Below, in pieces: positions 36,521-47,153 of a stretch of DNA of 48,446 nt; the stretch's first letter is position 1, and every line of letters begins with the position of its first letter. The notes under the pieces are model-generated. The model saw nothing but the letters and a program-made list of their open reading frames with translations, was not told the origin of the DNA and did no database searches. The translations under genes were made by a program, and so were the position numbers. Location: assembly GCF_001194135.2 (NCBI RefSeq), contig NC_068997.1:29036579-29085024 (forward strand). The letters are read 5' to 3'. The stretch is from Octopus bimaculoides (Eukaryota).

Positions 36521-37576
36521 CAAAATAAAATTAATCTACATGAATTTGGTTAGTTGTTTTATAGCAGCTGTTACAGATTTTCACAGTATCATCATCATCA
36601 TCATCACCACCGTCATTTAATGTTCTCCTTCCATGCTGGCATGGGTTGAACAGTTTGAAAGCAGCTGGCAAGCCAGAGGATTGCACCAAGCTCTAATGAC
36701 TGGCATGGTTTCTACAGCTGGATACCCTTCATAAGGTCAGCTGTTTTATAAAGTGTACTGGGTGCTTCTAGCATGGCTATGGCACTAGTGAAGTCACCAA
36801 GTAACTTGCAAGACAAGAAAGACTATTCAGGTGATGCAGAGGTAGTGCTGATGGAGGTGGCTTTAAACTCAATGATGAGGGGTTAAAGTATGTTAGAGGA
36901 ACAGAAACAGAGATGTCTGGGTGTAGGAGAGTTACATGGTTACCACTTTTTATAGAAACACTAATTACATGCATGCATCGTCATCGTCGTCTGTTTTCCA
37001 TGCTGCCATGGGTTGGATGGTGTGACAGGATCTGACAACCTGCAGTTCTATGTTGAGCTCCAATGTCACCTTTGACATGGTTTCTATGGCTGGATGCCTT
37101 TCCTAATGCCAACCACTTTACAGAGTGTACTGGGACCTTTCTTATGCCATTGGCACTGGAGACGTTGCCAAATAACTTGCAAGACAGAAAAAGGAGAAGG
37201 AAAAACAAGGAAACAAACTCCCACGACCAAGTGGAGAGGATTTGAGACAGGGGTGGGGCTTTATAACAGGTTTTGAAAGGCTAAAATATGATAGAAGAAC
37301 AAGCACAATTTTATCAATCTTTGTTTTCTTATTCACATCAATCTTTAACTTCAGCTTTTCAAAAATAAACTTGATTCATTTCTCACGTTCTACCATTCAA
37401 TTTATAATTTAATTCTATTCTATTCTAATTAACTCTTATTTAATTCCATTCATGTATTTCAAATTTGCAAAGAAATGCAAACATTATTGAAAATTATCAA
37501 GGTTCCATGTCTCTTTTGGCATGGTTTCTATGGCTGGATGCCCTTCCTAACACCAACCATTTTACCAAGTGTACTG

Positions 37577-37875
37577 GAGGCACATGGCCGAGTGGTTAGA
37601 GCAGCAGACTCACGGTCGAGGGATCACAGGTCGAATCTCAGACTGGGCAATGTATGTGTTTATGAGTGAAACACCTAAGCTCCATGTGGCTCCAGCAGAA
37701 GGTAATGGTGAACTTCTGCTGATTCTTTTGCCACAACTTTCTCTCACTCTTTCCTCCTGCATCTAGCAGCTCACCTGTGATGGACTGGTGTCCCATCCAG
37801 GTGGGGAACCTATATGCCAATGAAACCGGGAAACCAGCCCTTATGAGCCAGGTATGGCTCGAGAAGGAAGAAACA
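37577..37875 (+). mobile_element. Full-length tRNA-derived SINE of a distinct family, nested in a family B copy
   Basis: GGAGGCACATGGCCGAGTGGTTAGAGCAGC (A box) ...GGTCGAATCTC (B box-like)...GATGGACTGGTGTCCCATCCAGG...TATGAGCCAGGTATGGCTCGAGAAGG...(AAC)n; family B sequence resumes on both sides. Confidence 0.7.
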
Positions 37876-38664
37876 ACAGCTAGGGGCTTTTATGTGGCAC
37901 TGGCATGGGCAATTCTAAATGGCACCAGCACAGGTATTTCATATGTGGCTCCAGCACCCACAAGCGCACAAGATTAGAAATGCTCAGCTGAAGAAGGATG
38001 CAAGGGGTTTATGCCTGTATGCAGAGGCAACCATGATTTTACTTAGTTTGACATGTCTTCTAAAGCACAGCAAACTGCCAGGAGTCTTGGTCCCCTCTTG
38101 TCTCCTCTGTGAGGTCCATTGTCTGAAGATCCTTTCTCACCACTTTGTCCCAAATCTTCCTGGGTCTACTCCTTCCACATGTTCCCTCNNNNNNNNNNAT
38201 AAATATAATTTAGAGAAGAACCACCGATATACAATTCAAACAATGAAGGAGACCAATCACCATCAAGAATAGCGTACTCTACAAAATACGAATTTAAAAA
38301 TCTATAAAATCTAAAAGAAAAGTATAAAATCCATAAAAATCTATAAAATACTAGACTAAAAATTTAATTCAATTTAGTAAATTGATAAAATAGAAGGTAA
38401 AGTGTTGACTACGTGTGTTTCGTAAAATTGTGAATTGTACTGGTTTTTTCTGCTACAGTGTGGCCATGGACAGAACCAGGACGAAAACGACGATAACAAT
38501 GATGAAGAAGAAGACTGTAATGTTTCTACTTCCAAAAACAAGTCAAAGAAAGAGAATGAGAAAGAGACAGAGGTAGACAGAGAGACTGAGTAAGAAATCT
38601 CCCAAAAACCAAGAAAATCTGTATTCAATGTTTGGAAGAAAGAAATAAAGCAAATTGTATTTAC

Positions 38665-38830
38665 TTTCAATCAAAATGTTCACAGTATTCTCCAGCCGAC
38701 TAGAAATGGTGATGCACTTGCTTCTCATGATGCCAGAATGTGACACCAGTTGGCCATTAGAATTTAACACTGTAGAAGTTTTGTCATCAAGTTTGGTTTC
38801 AGGAGTAATAAATTTGGAGCTGTTTTTCAA
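38665..38830 (-). CDS. METTL17: METTL17 exon 2 (first resolved): LKNSSKFITPETKLDDKTSTVLNSNGQLVSHSGIMRSKCITISSRLENTVNILIE(K)
   Basis: cttcag / gtaaat, 166 nt, phase 0 to 1, in frame with exon 3; HSGI aligns with the H(P)GI motif. Exons 2-15 total 1419 nt = 472 aa plus stop. Confidence 0.85.
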
Positions 38831-39084
38831 CTGAAGATAATAAAAACAAAAAACAAATATTTAACTTCAGAAATAGGCTATTTCAAAGTTTCATTCAAAA
38901 TTTATAGTTAAAATACAACAAGAGCTTCAGAAATACATTAAAATTTTTTTTCTTCTTCATAGACTCCAGTTTAGGTTGCTCTAAAAACGCAGACATGAAG
39001 TTAAGGCAAATATTGTTGAGGTTTTTGTTGTTTTTTTATTTCTAGTTACTAAATTTTGAGAACATTTAAGTCTTGGATATAATT

Positions 39085-39311
39085 TTAACCCTTTAGTGTT
39101 TAAACCGATCATATCTGGCCCAAATAATCTACATGTTTTATGTTAAAACTGCCCAGATTTGGTATCTCACACCAACCAATAATGTCATTCTAAAAACAGG
39201 TGATAATATCATCAAAATCTTGAAGCTACGAAATAATGCAGGATTACCTTAAAACAATATGGATGACTAAGTATTATATTTGACAGAATAATCTGAATGC
39301 TAAAGGGTTAA
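39085..39311. mobile_element. piggyBac-like MITE (TTAA-CCCTTTAG...CTAAAGGG-TTAA)
   Basis: Both TIRs with TTAA on each side; partial copies near 7986-8200, 17232-17420, 27112-27325 and 29239-29430. Confidence 0.8.
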
Positions 39312-39710
39312 ACCACATCCAGTAGTCGGGGCCCTGGTTCAATAGTTCCAGGATTTTAAAGAGCAAGGAACAAGCTCTCACGCACTATTGTTCGCAGGTC
39401 TACTCTGCCCCAGAGTAGTAGCACCTATCAGGGTCCCAGATATTGGGTTAGATAGCATGTAACCACCCAGCCAGGGTATGTTGAAATCACGGGATACAAC
39501 ACGGTGGATGTGAGCTATTTCAGTAAATGAATCTTATTCAATCAATGGCAAATAACATGAGATGTTGTATGGATGGACAGACAACAAACTGTCAATGGTC
39601 AGGAGCAACCAGTTCAGATAGTGAACTGCTGCTATCATCTGTAATCATGGCATGAACAGATGAGATATTTCAGTTACCTAAAATAAACAATATCATAAAA
39701 ACATGGAAAT

Positions 39711-39777
39711 GTACTTAAGTGATTGAGCAGATGAGATATCCAAGGAGAATATCTCACCTGCTTAATGCACTATGTAC
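39711..39777 (-). ncRNA. Candidate pre-miRNA-like hairpin (67 nt) in the METTL17 5' intron
   Basis: About 29-bp stem with one G-U, a few mismatches/bulges and a 9-nt loop; structure only, no expression evidence and no known family recognised. Confidence 0.3.
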
Positions 39778-39876
39778 CCCTATTTTCCCCATGAGATGGG
39801 CACAGACATTCTAAATCATATTTCTTCTTACTCTGAAGTGAAGAGTATGAATGACTTGGCAATGGATACTGTTAAC

Positions 39877-40438
39877 TGTGAGGGTGAGTCAAAAACTAAT
39901 GCCATTTTGTTTAGGACAGGTATAATTACCAACACAGGAACATGTATCATAGACATTAAAACGAAGCTGGTCCTCTGTGGATCACATCCCTACTTCTCAA
40001 CATAGTCACCGTTTCTCTTAGTAGCAATGTTCCACCTTCGAATGAGACCATGTATCCCTGCCCCATAAAATTCTGTTGACTGTTCTTTGAGCCACTTCTT
40101 CATTACTTCCACGCTCACCAGATTTAGCGCCGTCAGACTATCATCTCTATGGCGCCACGAAAGAGGGTTTGAGAGACAAACATTATTCCAGTGACAAGGA
40201 AGTGAAAACTGTAGTGAAGTAGTGGCTCAAAGAACAGTCAACAGAATTTTATGGGGCAGGGATACATGCTCTCATTCGAAGGTGGAACATTGCTATTGAG
40301 AGAAACGGTGACTATGTTGAGAAGTAGGGATGTGATCCACAGAGGACCAGCTTCATTTTGATGCATGATACACGTTCCTGTGTTGGTAATTATACCTGTC
40401 CTAAACAAAATGGCATTACTTTTTGACTCAACCTCGTA
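39877..40438. mobile_element. Fold-back mariner derivative: about 230-bp inverted arms around a transposase C-terminal remnant
   Basis: Arms 39877-40106 and 40211-40438 are reverse complements; TIR (TA)CGAGGTTGAGTCAAAAAGTAA; + strand SPDLAPSDYHLYG...WLKEQSTEFYGAGIHALIRRWNIAIERNGDYVEK* is the mariner YSPDLAPSD motif. Confidence 0.92.
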
Positions 40439-40992
40439 CAAATAGATATGTTTTGACAATACATTGTTAATCGAGCTTATAGAACACGTGATAAGAATTT
40501 TGCCAGTGATCGTAAGTTTCACAAGTAATATTACAGCTATCAGAAAATTTGGTATCTGATCCATCACGTTGATTATTGATCAAATTGTGAGTGTCTGCTT
40601 GCGGTAAATAAGCAACATTGTCATGAAGTTGACGTTTAATAATTGTGATAATGTTATCTTGAATGGATTGTCTGAATAACACGAATGCGAACCAAGCAAA
40701 TTTGCGCCTGCTCAATTCAATGAGTCGACATCAATTCAGCTACAATTCGTCGAGTCTCTTTTGGGATCTTTTAATTGATTTCAAATTTTGGTGTAGTTGC
40801 CTTTTTGAGGCCGGATACTAGTCGTAAGACGGAGAATGCATATGATTTCCACTGTTTTAAAACCGAAAATACCAAGTTTCATCGAAATTGGCAGGGACAG
40901 AATGCGCTGGGTCATTTTACCAATTCCAGTGACTGTGCTTGACTTAATTGTACACAGATCAGATGATGCTACCTAATGAATTAATTGCTCAC

Positions 40993-41064
40993 ACGGAGAT
41001 CGATGCTCGGTTTGATATTCAGATCAAGTTTGCCGGTTGATGGTTTGGCATGTGTGGCCCGCAT
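40993..41064 (-). CDS. METTL17: Candidate METTL17 exon 1: MRATHAKPSTGKLDLNIKPSIDLR
   Basis: ATG at 41064, 72 nt, ends CGT|gtgagc in the required phase 0, in a CpG-enriched region; no recognisable homology and a weak targeting-peptide character. Confidence 0.3.
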
Positions 41065-41196
41065 ATATACATAAAAGATATATACAAACGTTGTCGATTT
41101 GTTATTAACAAACTTTAATGTAGCTAAAACCCCAAAGAAAAGTGCTGAAACTTGCAAGACAAACGTGTCCTCGGAAGATACGTAGCAAACCACAAC

Positions 41197-41294
41197 GGCG
41201 GAGGTAAAGTATACGCACACCACCCTTTTTCGGTGTAACAAAAACCCTAACTCTAAACCCTAAACACTGGGTGTGCGTATTCTTTACTTTCGCC
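41197..41294. repeat. 98-bp mini inverted-repeat element with AACCCT-like core
   Basis: GGCGGAGGTAAAGTATACGCACACC versus the reverse complement of GGTGTGCGTATTCTTTACTTTCGCC (25 bp, 3 mismatches); core AAACCCTAACTCTAAACCCTAAAC. Confidence 0.75.
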
Positions 41295-42833
41295 AACCTC
41301 AACTATAAACATCCAAAAATTGATCGAAAAGCTGACACTTATCCAAAAAATACACATCATGGAGGCAACATCGCCTCAGCAACAAGCTGCGACGGTGTCG
41401 ACTAAAGCTCCTTCTTGAAAGAAAGGTTATCTCCAGATGGGGGTCACTACCTTCACTTTAAGAAAAAATACTATTGATCAGAAAGCATGACAGGGTCCCC
41501 ACCAAATTCTCCTGTGTCAGTTAACATGCTTTTCAACATTATCACTAATCATTTTATGATTTCGATTGATTTTGAATGTACTTTTGCTATCGCTTCCTAT
41601 CACTATGAGAATAATTAATATTGACATGATCACATACTATTTTGTAAATTGTATGATCAATGTTTCAAAGACAGTATATTTATAAGAGAAGTAAAATTTA
41701 AAGAACTGACAGTAATACAATAGGATCATACGAAAATACAGTGTTACAGTTTGTAAATGATAATACATATGCAATGAACTTTTACAGAATCGCAGAATAT
41801 ATTTAAGAGTTATTTTTATTTTACGTCGTTATAATACTTGTTAAATCGAATTTTTAATTAATTGACCGTTTTCGTCGTGAAGAGATCGCTTGTTCATTGA
41901 TTGAGTACGAATCAACTAGGGAGCCTGTACGTGTCCGTTGAGGATGCTTACAATAACAGCTAAATTCCTTCAAATATTAACCCACTGTCTTGTAAAAGGA
42001 AGGTACAGTGTACAATGTAGTCCGAGATACATAAAAGGACAGGATGCTTACGGCTGAAAAGCTTTTGATCGTAGGCATGCTCGATCGAAACTAACCTGGA
42101 GTTTAAAAAAAAAACAACCGATCTTGTTTGTAAATTGCGAATTAATAAAAGACAAATCATTAAAAGATTTTTTTAGAATGATGCATATTTTGATTATATA
42201 TTATATAATTCAATCATATAATAATTCATTAAAATAGATATGCAAGATCCGTAAGATGTCTTTTTATTTTCAAAAAATAGAATGAAACAAACATTAAACC
42301 GGGGCATAACTACAGGGTTTTACCCCCCAGACTTTGGGAGGTCATAACTTTCAGAAAAATGAATATTTTTTAATGAAATTTGCTATGCATATAGTATTTA
42401 CTATGTAGAATCCGAAAAATATTCATTTTTCTGAAAGTTNNNNNNNNNNNNNNNNNNNNNNNNNNNNNNNNNNNNNNNNNNNNNNNNNNNNNNNNNNNNN
42501 NNNNNNNNNNNNNNNNNNNNNNNNNNNNNNNNNNNNNNNNNNNNNNNNNNNNNNNNNNNNNNNNNNNNNNNNNNNNNNNNNNNNNNNNNNNNNNNNNNNN
42601 NNNNNNNNNNNNNNNNNNNNNNNNNNNNNNNNNNNNNNNNNNNNNNNNNNNNNNNNNNNNNNNNNNNNNNNNNNNNNNNNNNNNNNNNNNNNNNNNNNNN
42701 NNNNNNNNNNNNNNNNNNNNNNNNNNNNNNNNNNNNNNNNNNNNNNNNNNNNNNNNNNNNNNNNNNNNNNNNNNNNNNNNNNNNNNNNNNNNNNNNNNNN
42801 NNNNNNNNNNNNNNNNNNNNNNNNNNNNNNNNN

Positions 42834-43320
42834 GTGTAGGAAACGAATAGGAAAAAAAATAATAATGTGCGCAAAGCAATGAGAGGGTGGGGAGAGGACC
42901 TCGGAAAATTCACAAGATCTGAGTTTTTCCCTCATAACTTTTAGGAAAATGGGTTTTTTTTTCAAACGGCATACATTACGATAATAAAGTAATTTGTTGG
43001 GAAAATCTTGAGGTGGGGAGAGGACTTTCGGAATATTCCCAAGATCCGAATCTTTCCTCGTTATATTCCGAAATCACATTCAATTTTCTACAGATACCCT
43101 AACGTAGTACTACTACACTACGTAGTGTTTATTTCTACCCACTTTCAATAATTTATAATGCTTTGGCTTCAATTTTGTTTAATTTTATCTTCAATTATTT
43201 TTACGCTTTTTTAACCCTTCCGTCGTTATTCTCATTCATTCGTTATTACTTTCTGTGTGTGTGTCTCTCTCTCTATGTATATATAGAGAGAGAGATACAT
43301 ATATACATACATCTATATAT
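42834..43320 (+). repeat. Dispersed repeat copy 1 (about 490 bp)
   Basis: Highly similar, same orientation as 47866-48400 (GGAGAGGACCTCGG...AAATCTTGAGGTGGGGAGAGGACTTTCGGAATATTCCCAAGATCCGAATC...); left end hidden by a gap. Confidence 0.85.
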
Positions 43321-43689
43321 ACATGTAGTGGATCGCTAGCCAAATTTCAATTAACAGTTCAACAGCACTTTTCTCTCGGTAAAACAATAGTTTTTCTGAG
43401 TGACAGCAGTTACATTTGCCACGTAGATAATGTCTTCGCCACTTGACCCTTCTAACCTCTTCTATTTCACCAAAAGCTAGAATAGAGATATCACAGACCC
43501 CCAACTAAATCTATTGTTCTCAACAATATGTCCATCTTTCTGACTAATTGTGGATAGTTATAAAAACTACAATTTGGCAAGGCAGAGTCAGTTCTTTCGA
43601 TTTCATTATACTCGATTTTTACCCCGACTAACTAATGTATAACCCCAGTCCCTAAATGTTTTTGTTTTGTCCTTGTGATGTCCCCTCTA

Positions 43690-44080
43690 TGTTACCCATG
43701 TATTGGCAAATTAGTTATTGAATGGACAACTAGAGTCATAGTCACAAGCAGGCAGCCACTAGAGACCAAACGGCCAGAAGGAAAAAGAAAATTAAAATCA
43801 GCGACTATGCCAGACAACTTGCCTCTGTAACATTACCATATCTCTCTCTATGGTTTACTACTGCAATAAGAACGTGTACACACATACAGGCCGAAATTAA
43901 CTCTTTTTACCTCGCATGCTTTTCCATTTACTAGTCATACATACCAACCCATCGTGGTTTTGGATGTATAAGAAGGAATGGAAAGTAAGTGTCTCTTTAC
44001 AGATTCATTCGCTGTTCTTCCTTCATCTTACATAATGGCAATCAACTAACAACAAACCATTACAATTGGTGACCCTCGAC
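43690..44080 (+). mobile_element. Probable Gypsy-type LTR plus primer-binding site
   Basis: TGTTA start (43690), CCATTACA end (44064), then ATTGGTGACCCTCGAC resembling the TGGTGACCCCGAC PBS seen in Gypsy elements; no internal ORF visible before the (TA)n and gap. Confidence 0.4.
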
Positions 44081-44102
44081 TTCAACGAAGAACTAACCGT
44101 TA

Positions 44103-44112
44103 CATATATATG

Positions 44113-44154
<42 letters not shown>

Positions 44155-44166
44155 TATATATATATA

Positions 44167-44212
<46 letters not shown>
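44103..44212. repeat. (TA)n/(CA)n microsatellite abutting a gap
   Basis: Directly visible; similar tracts at 7636-7795, 17150-17190 and 48320-48446. Confidence 0.95.
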
Positions 44213-46130
44213 NNNNNNNNNNNNNNNNNNNNNNNNNNNNNNNNNNNNNNNNNNNNNNNNNNNNNNNNNNNNNNNNNNNNNNNNNNNNNNNNNNNNNNNN
44301 NNNNNNNNNNNNNNNNNNNNNNNNNNNNNNNNNNNNNNNNNNNNNNNNNNNNNNNNNNNNNNNNNNNNNNNNNNNNNNNNNNNNNNNNNNNNNNNNNNNN
44401 NNNNNNNNNNNNNNNNNNNNNNNNNNNNNNNNNNNNNNNNNNNNNNNNNNNNNNNNNNNNNNNNNNNNNNNNNNNNNNNNNNNNNNNNNNNNNNNNNNNN
44501 NNNNNNNNNNNNNNNNNNNNNNNNNNNNNNNNNNNNNNNNNNNNNNNNNNNNNNNNNNNNNNNNNNNNNNNNNNNNNNNNNNNNNNNNNNNNNNNNNNNN
44601 NNNNNNNNNNNNNNNNNNNNNNNNNNNNNNNNNNNNNNNNNNNNNNNNNNNNNNNNNNNNNNNNNNNNNNNNNNNNNNNNNNNNNNNNNNNNNNNNNNNN
44701 NNNNNNNNNNNNNNNNNNNNNNNNNNNNNNNNNNNNNNNNNNNNNNNNNNNNNNNNNNNNNNNNNNNNNNNNNNNNNNNNNNNNNNNNNNNNNNNNNNNN
44801 NNNNNNNNNNNNNNNNNNNNNNNNNNNNNNNNNNNNNNNNNNNNNNNNNNNNNNNNNNNNNNNNNNNNNNNNAAAAAAAAAAAACTCAGAAGGTTGGGCC
44901 TTTAACCAGACCTTTTGTGATACCCTTAAAACCAGGAACTTTTCACACACCCCCCCCACACCGTATACATCATACATATATACATATAAATTCAATTAGA
45001 GGCTAAATTAGATTCATTAAGGGATGGTATCATCCAATGAATTACTGGTTCAATACCTAATATTTGTTGTCATCATCATCGTTTAACGTCCGCTTTCCAT
45101 GCAAGCATGGGTTGGACGATATGACTGAGGACTGGTGAACCGGATGGCTGCACTAGGCTCCAATCTGATCTGGCAGAGTTTCTACAGCTGGATGCCCTTC
45201 TTAACGCCAACCACTCTGAGAGTGTAGTGGGGTGCTTTTACATGCCACCGGCACAAGAGCCAGTCATACGGTACTGGCAACAGCCATGCTCAAAATGGTG
45301 TTTTTTACATGCCACCTGCACAGGGGACAGTCCAGCGGCACTGGCAATGACCTTGCTCAAATGGTGCTATTTACGGGCCACTAGGACGAAAGCCAGACAG
45401 CTGCTCTGGCAATGATCACGCTCGGACAGTGCTGTTAGTGCCCCACTGGCACAGGTGCCAGTCATCGAATATGGTTGTGAAAAATAATATTCATAAAACA
45501 ATAGGTTTATAATTATTCAAAAGAAAGTAAGAAAATGTAGATATATCTTTTAATAAAAATTTATTATCTGTGAAAATCAAACATAGTCCCTTACAGCTGT
45601 TTCAATTAAGCCTGAAAGATTAAATAGCAACTGTTAAAATCATTATATTAGGCAAAATCTCTTCAGAGGGGCAGAAAAAAAGATCCATCATTAGGTTTTT
45701 TATGTGTTGTATTTTAGAATCATCACAGCAGACTGTAAACAACATATCTTTTCTCAGTTCCTGTCCATCTCTCAATTAAAAGGTCCTTGTCTTGCAAGCT
45801 ACTTGGCAACCCCACTCTGTGGAATGGTTGGCATTAGGAAAGGCAGCCAGCCATAGAAACCATGCCAAAACAGATGACTGGAGCCTGGTGCAGCTTTCTG
45901 GCCTTGCACAAAGACACACACACACGACAGGCTTCCACACAGTTTCTACCGACCAAATTCATACTCTTAGGCATTAATCAACCTAGGCTATAGTAGAAAA
46001 CACTTGCCCAATATGCTGTACAGTGGGACTGAACCTAAAACCATCCTGCTGGGAAGCAGACTTCTTAACCAACCAGCCATGCCTGCACCTAAACATTGGT
46101 AAGTTCTCTTTGATGGCATTTCAAACTTGG

Positions 46131-46437
46131 TTATTCTTTGGGAACGGAAGTGGTTGAAGAGTTCCTTGTTGCTTCACGACTGCATAGATAGGCTCTTTGA
46201 GCAGACAAAGCTCTCTCATAAAGAATCAAATCAAGCCCATCAACGCAGCGTACAGTGCGTGCTTTGAGGATAGGTGAGCCATCTGAGGGATTCCAGTCGA
46301 GATCCCCCAAAAACTCAAGAAGGGAGTTCACAGGAAATAAAATTGGTTCGATGAATTGTGTCTGGACAGTAAGTCGGACATCTTCGGACAAGTGAGTAAT
46401 GATAGCCAGACATGAAGTGCTGTCATGCTCTACAAAT
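46131..46437 (-). CDS. TEN1: TEN1 (CST complex subunit) terminal exon: (K)FVEHDSTSCLAIITHLSEDVRLTVQTQFIEPILFPVNSLLEFLGDLDWNPSDGSPILKARTVRCVDGLDLILYERALSAQRAYLCSRE...PKE*
   Basis: ctttcag acceptor at 46439-46438, phase 2; V.T..IEP.....SL...LG.L.......LKAR...CVDG.DL.LYE.A...QR.Y matches the TEN1 OB fold as recalled (human VCTKLVEP...GSLYIVLGEL...VKARVLTCVEGMNLPLLEQAIREQRLY). Confidence 0.9.
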
Positions 46438-47153
46438 CTGAAAGAATAGAAAATAATTTATTCCTGTTAAATACATAATAAATACACTTGTCAAAACACA
46501 ATAGGGTATAACTGACAGTATGTAATACAGAAAGGGGTGTTTATGTGGCTATGCACACAAATACCTGTGTGTGTGTGTGTGTACGTATACATACACACAC
46601 ACAGAGACATATACACTTACACAGATGTCAAGTATACAGATCAATTTTATGTAATTATATATAATTAAATTACACAAATCAAAATACAGAACAGACAGAG
46701 ACATCAACTGCACACAAACACACAGAGTAATTGCTGGGTGCATTTTGTTTAACTCTTAAGACTTGTTAATAAGATGTCCTGCATTTAGAGCAGACAGAAG
46801 AACTTTGGCAAAAAACTATACTGGAAACACCACAACTTATCCACTTAGCTGCTCCTAGGATCAAAGACATTGCAGCCATGATCATCCAATGTGTATGTGT
46901 GTTTGTTTTTTTGCAACAGACATAATATATCTAGGATCACATAATTCAGACAGACAGACAGATAGATAGCTCCGGCCAGTCAGAAGCCAAAGAATCAACT
47001 CAAACCAGCAGTAACGTTCCTTGTCAGATTTTTTTACTTTCACTTTTGACAGCTAATACCATGACAGTTGTTTTCCTCTTCGGACGACAACGCGAATCTA
47101 CACGTTAAATTGAATTTATAAACAAGTGTTTATGTAACAAATCTTTTACTCAC

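Noticed and set aside
37577-37650. tRNA-like A/B boxes (also at 11320, 26227 and SINE-A heads)
   Set aside because: No complete cloverleaf; they continue into SINE bodies, so they are not tRNA genes.
39590-39650. ATGATAG...CTGA...CTGA resembling a C/D snoRNA
   Set aside because: Imperfect C box, too short, and no identifiable guide target.
41359-41418. Short + strand ORF MEATSPQQQAATVSTKAPS* with good Kozak context
   Set aside because: Only 19 aa, no splice donor before the stop and no homology recognised; would need divergent-transcript evidence.
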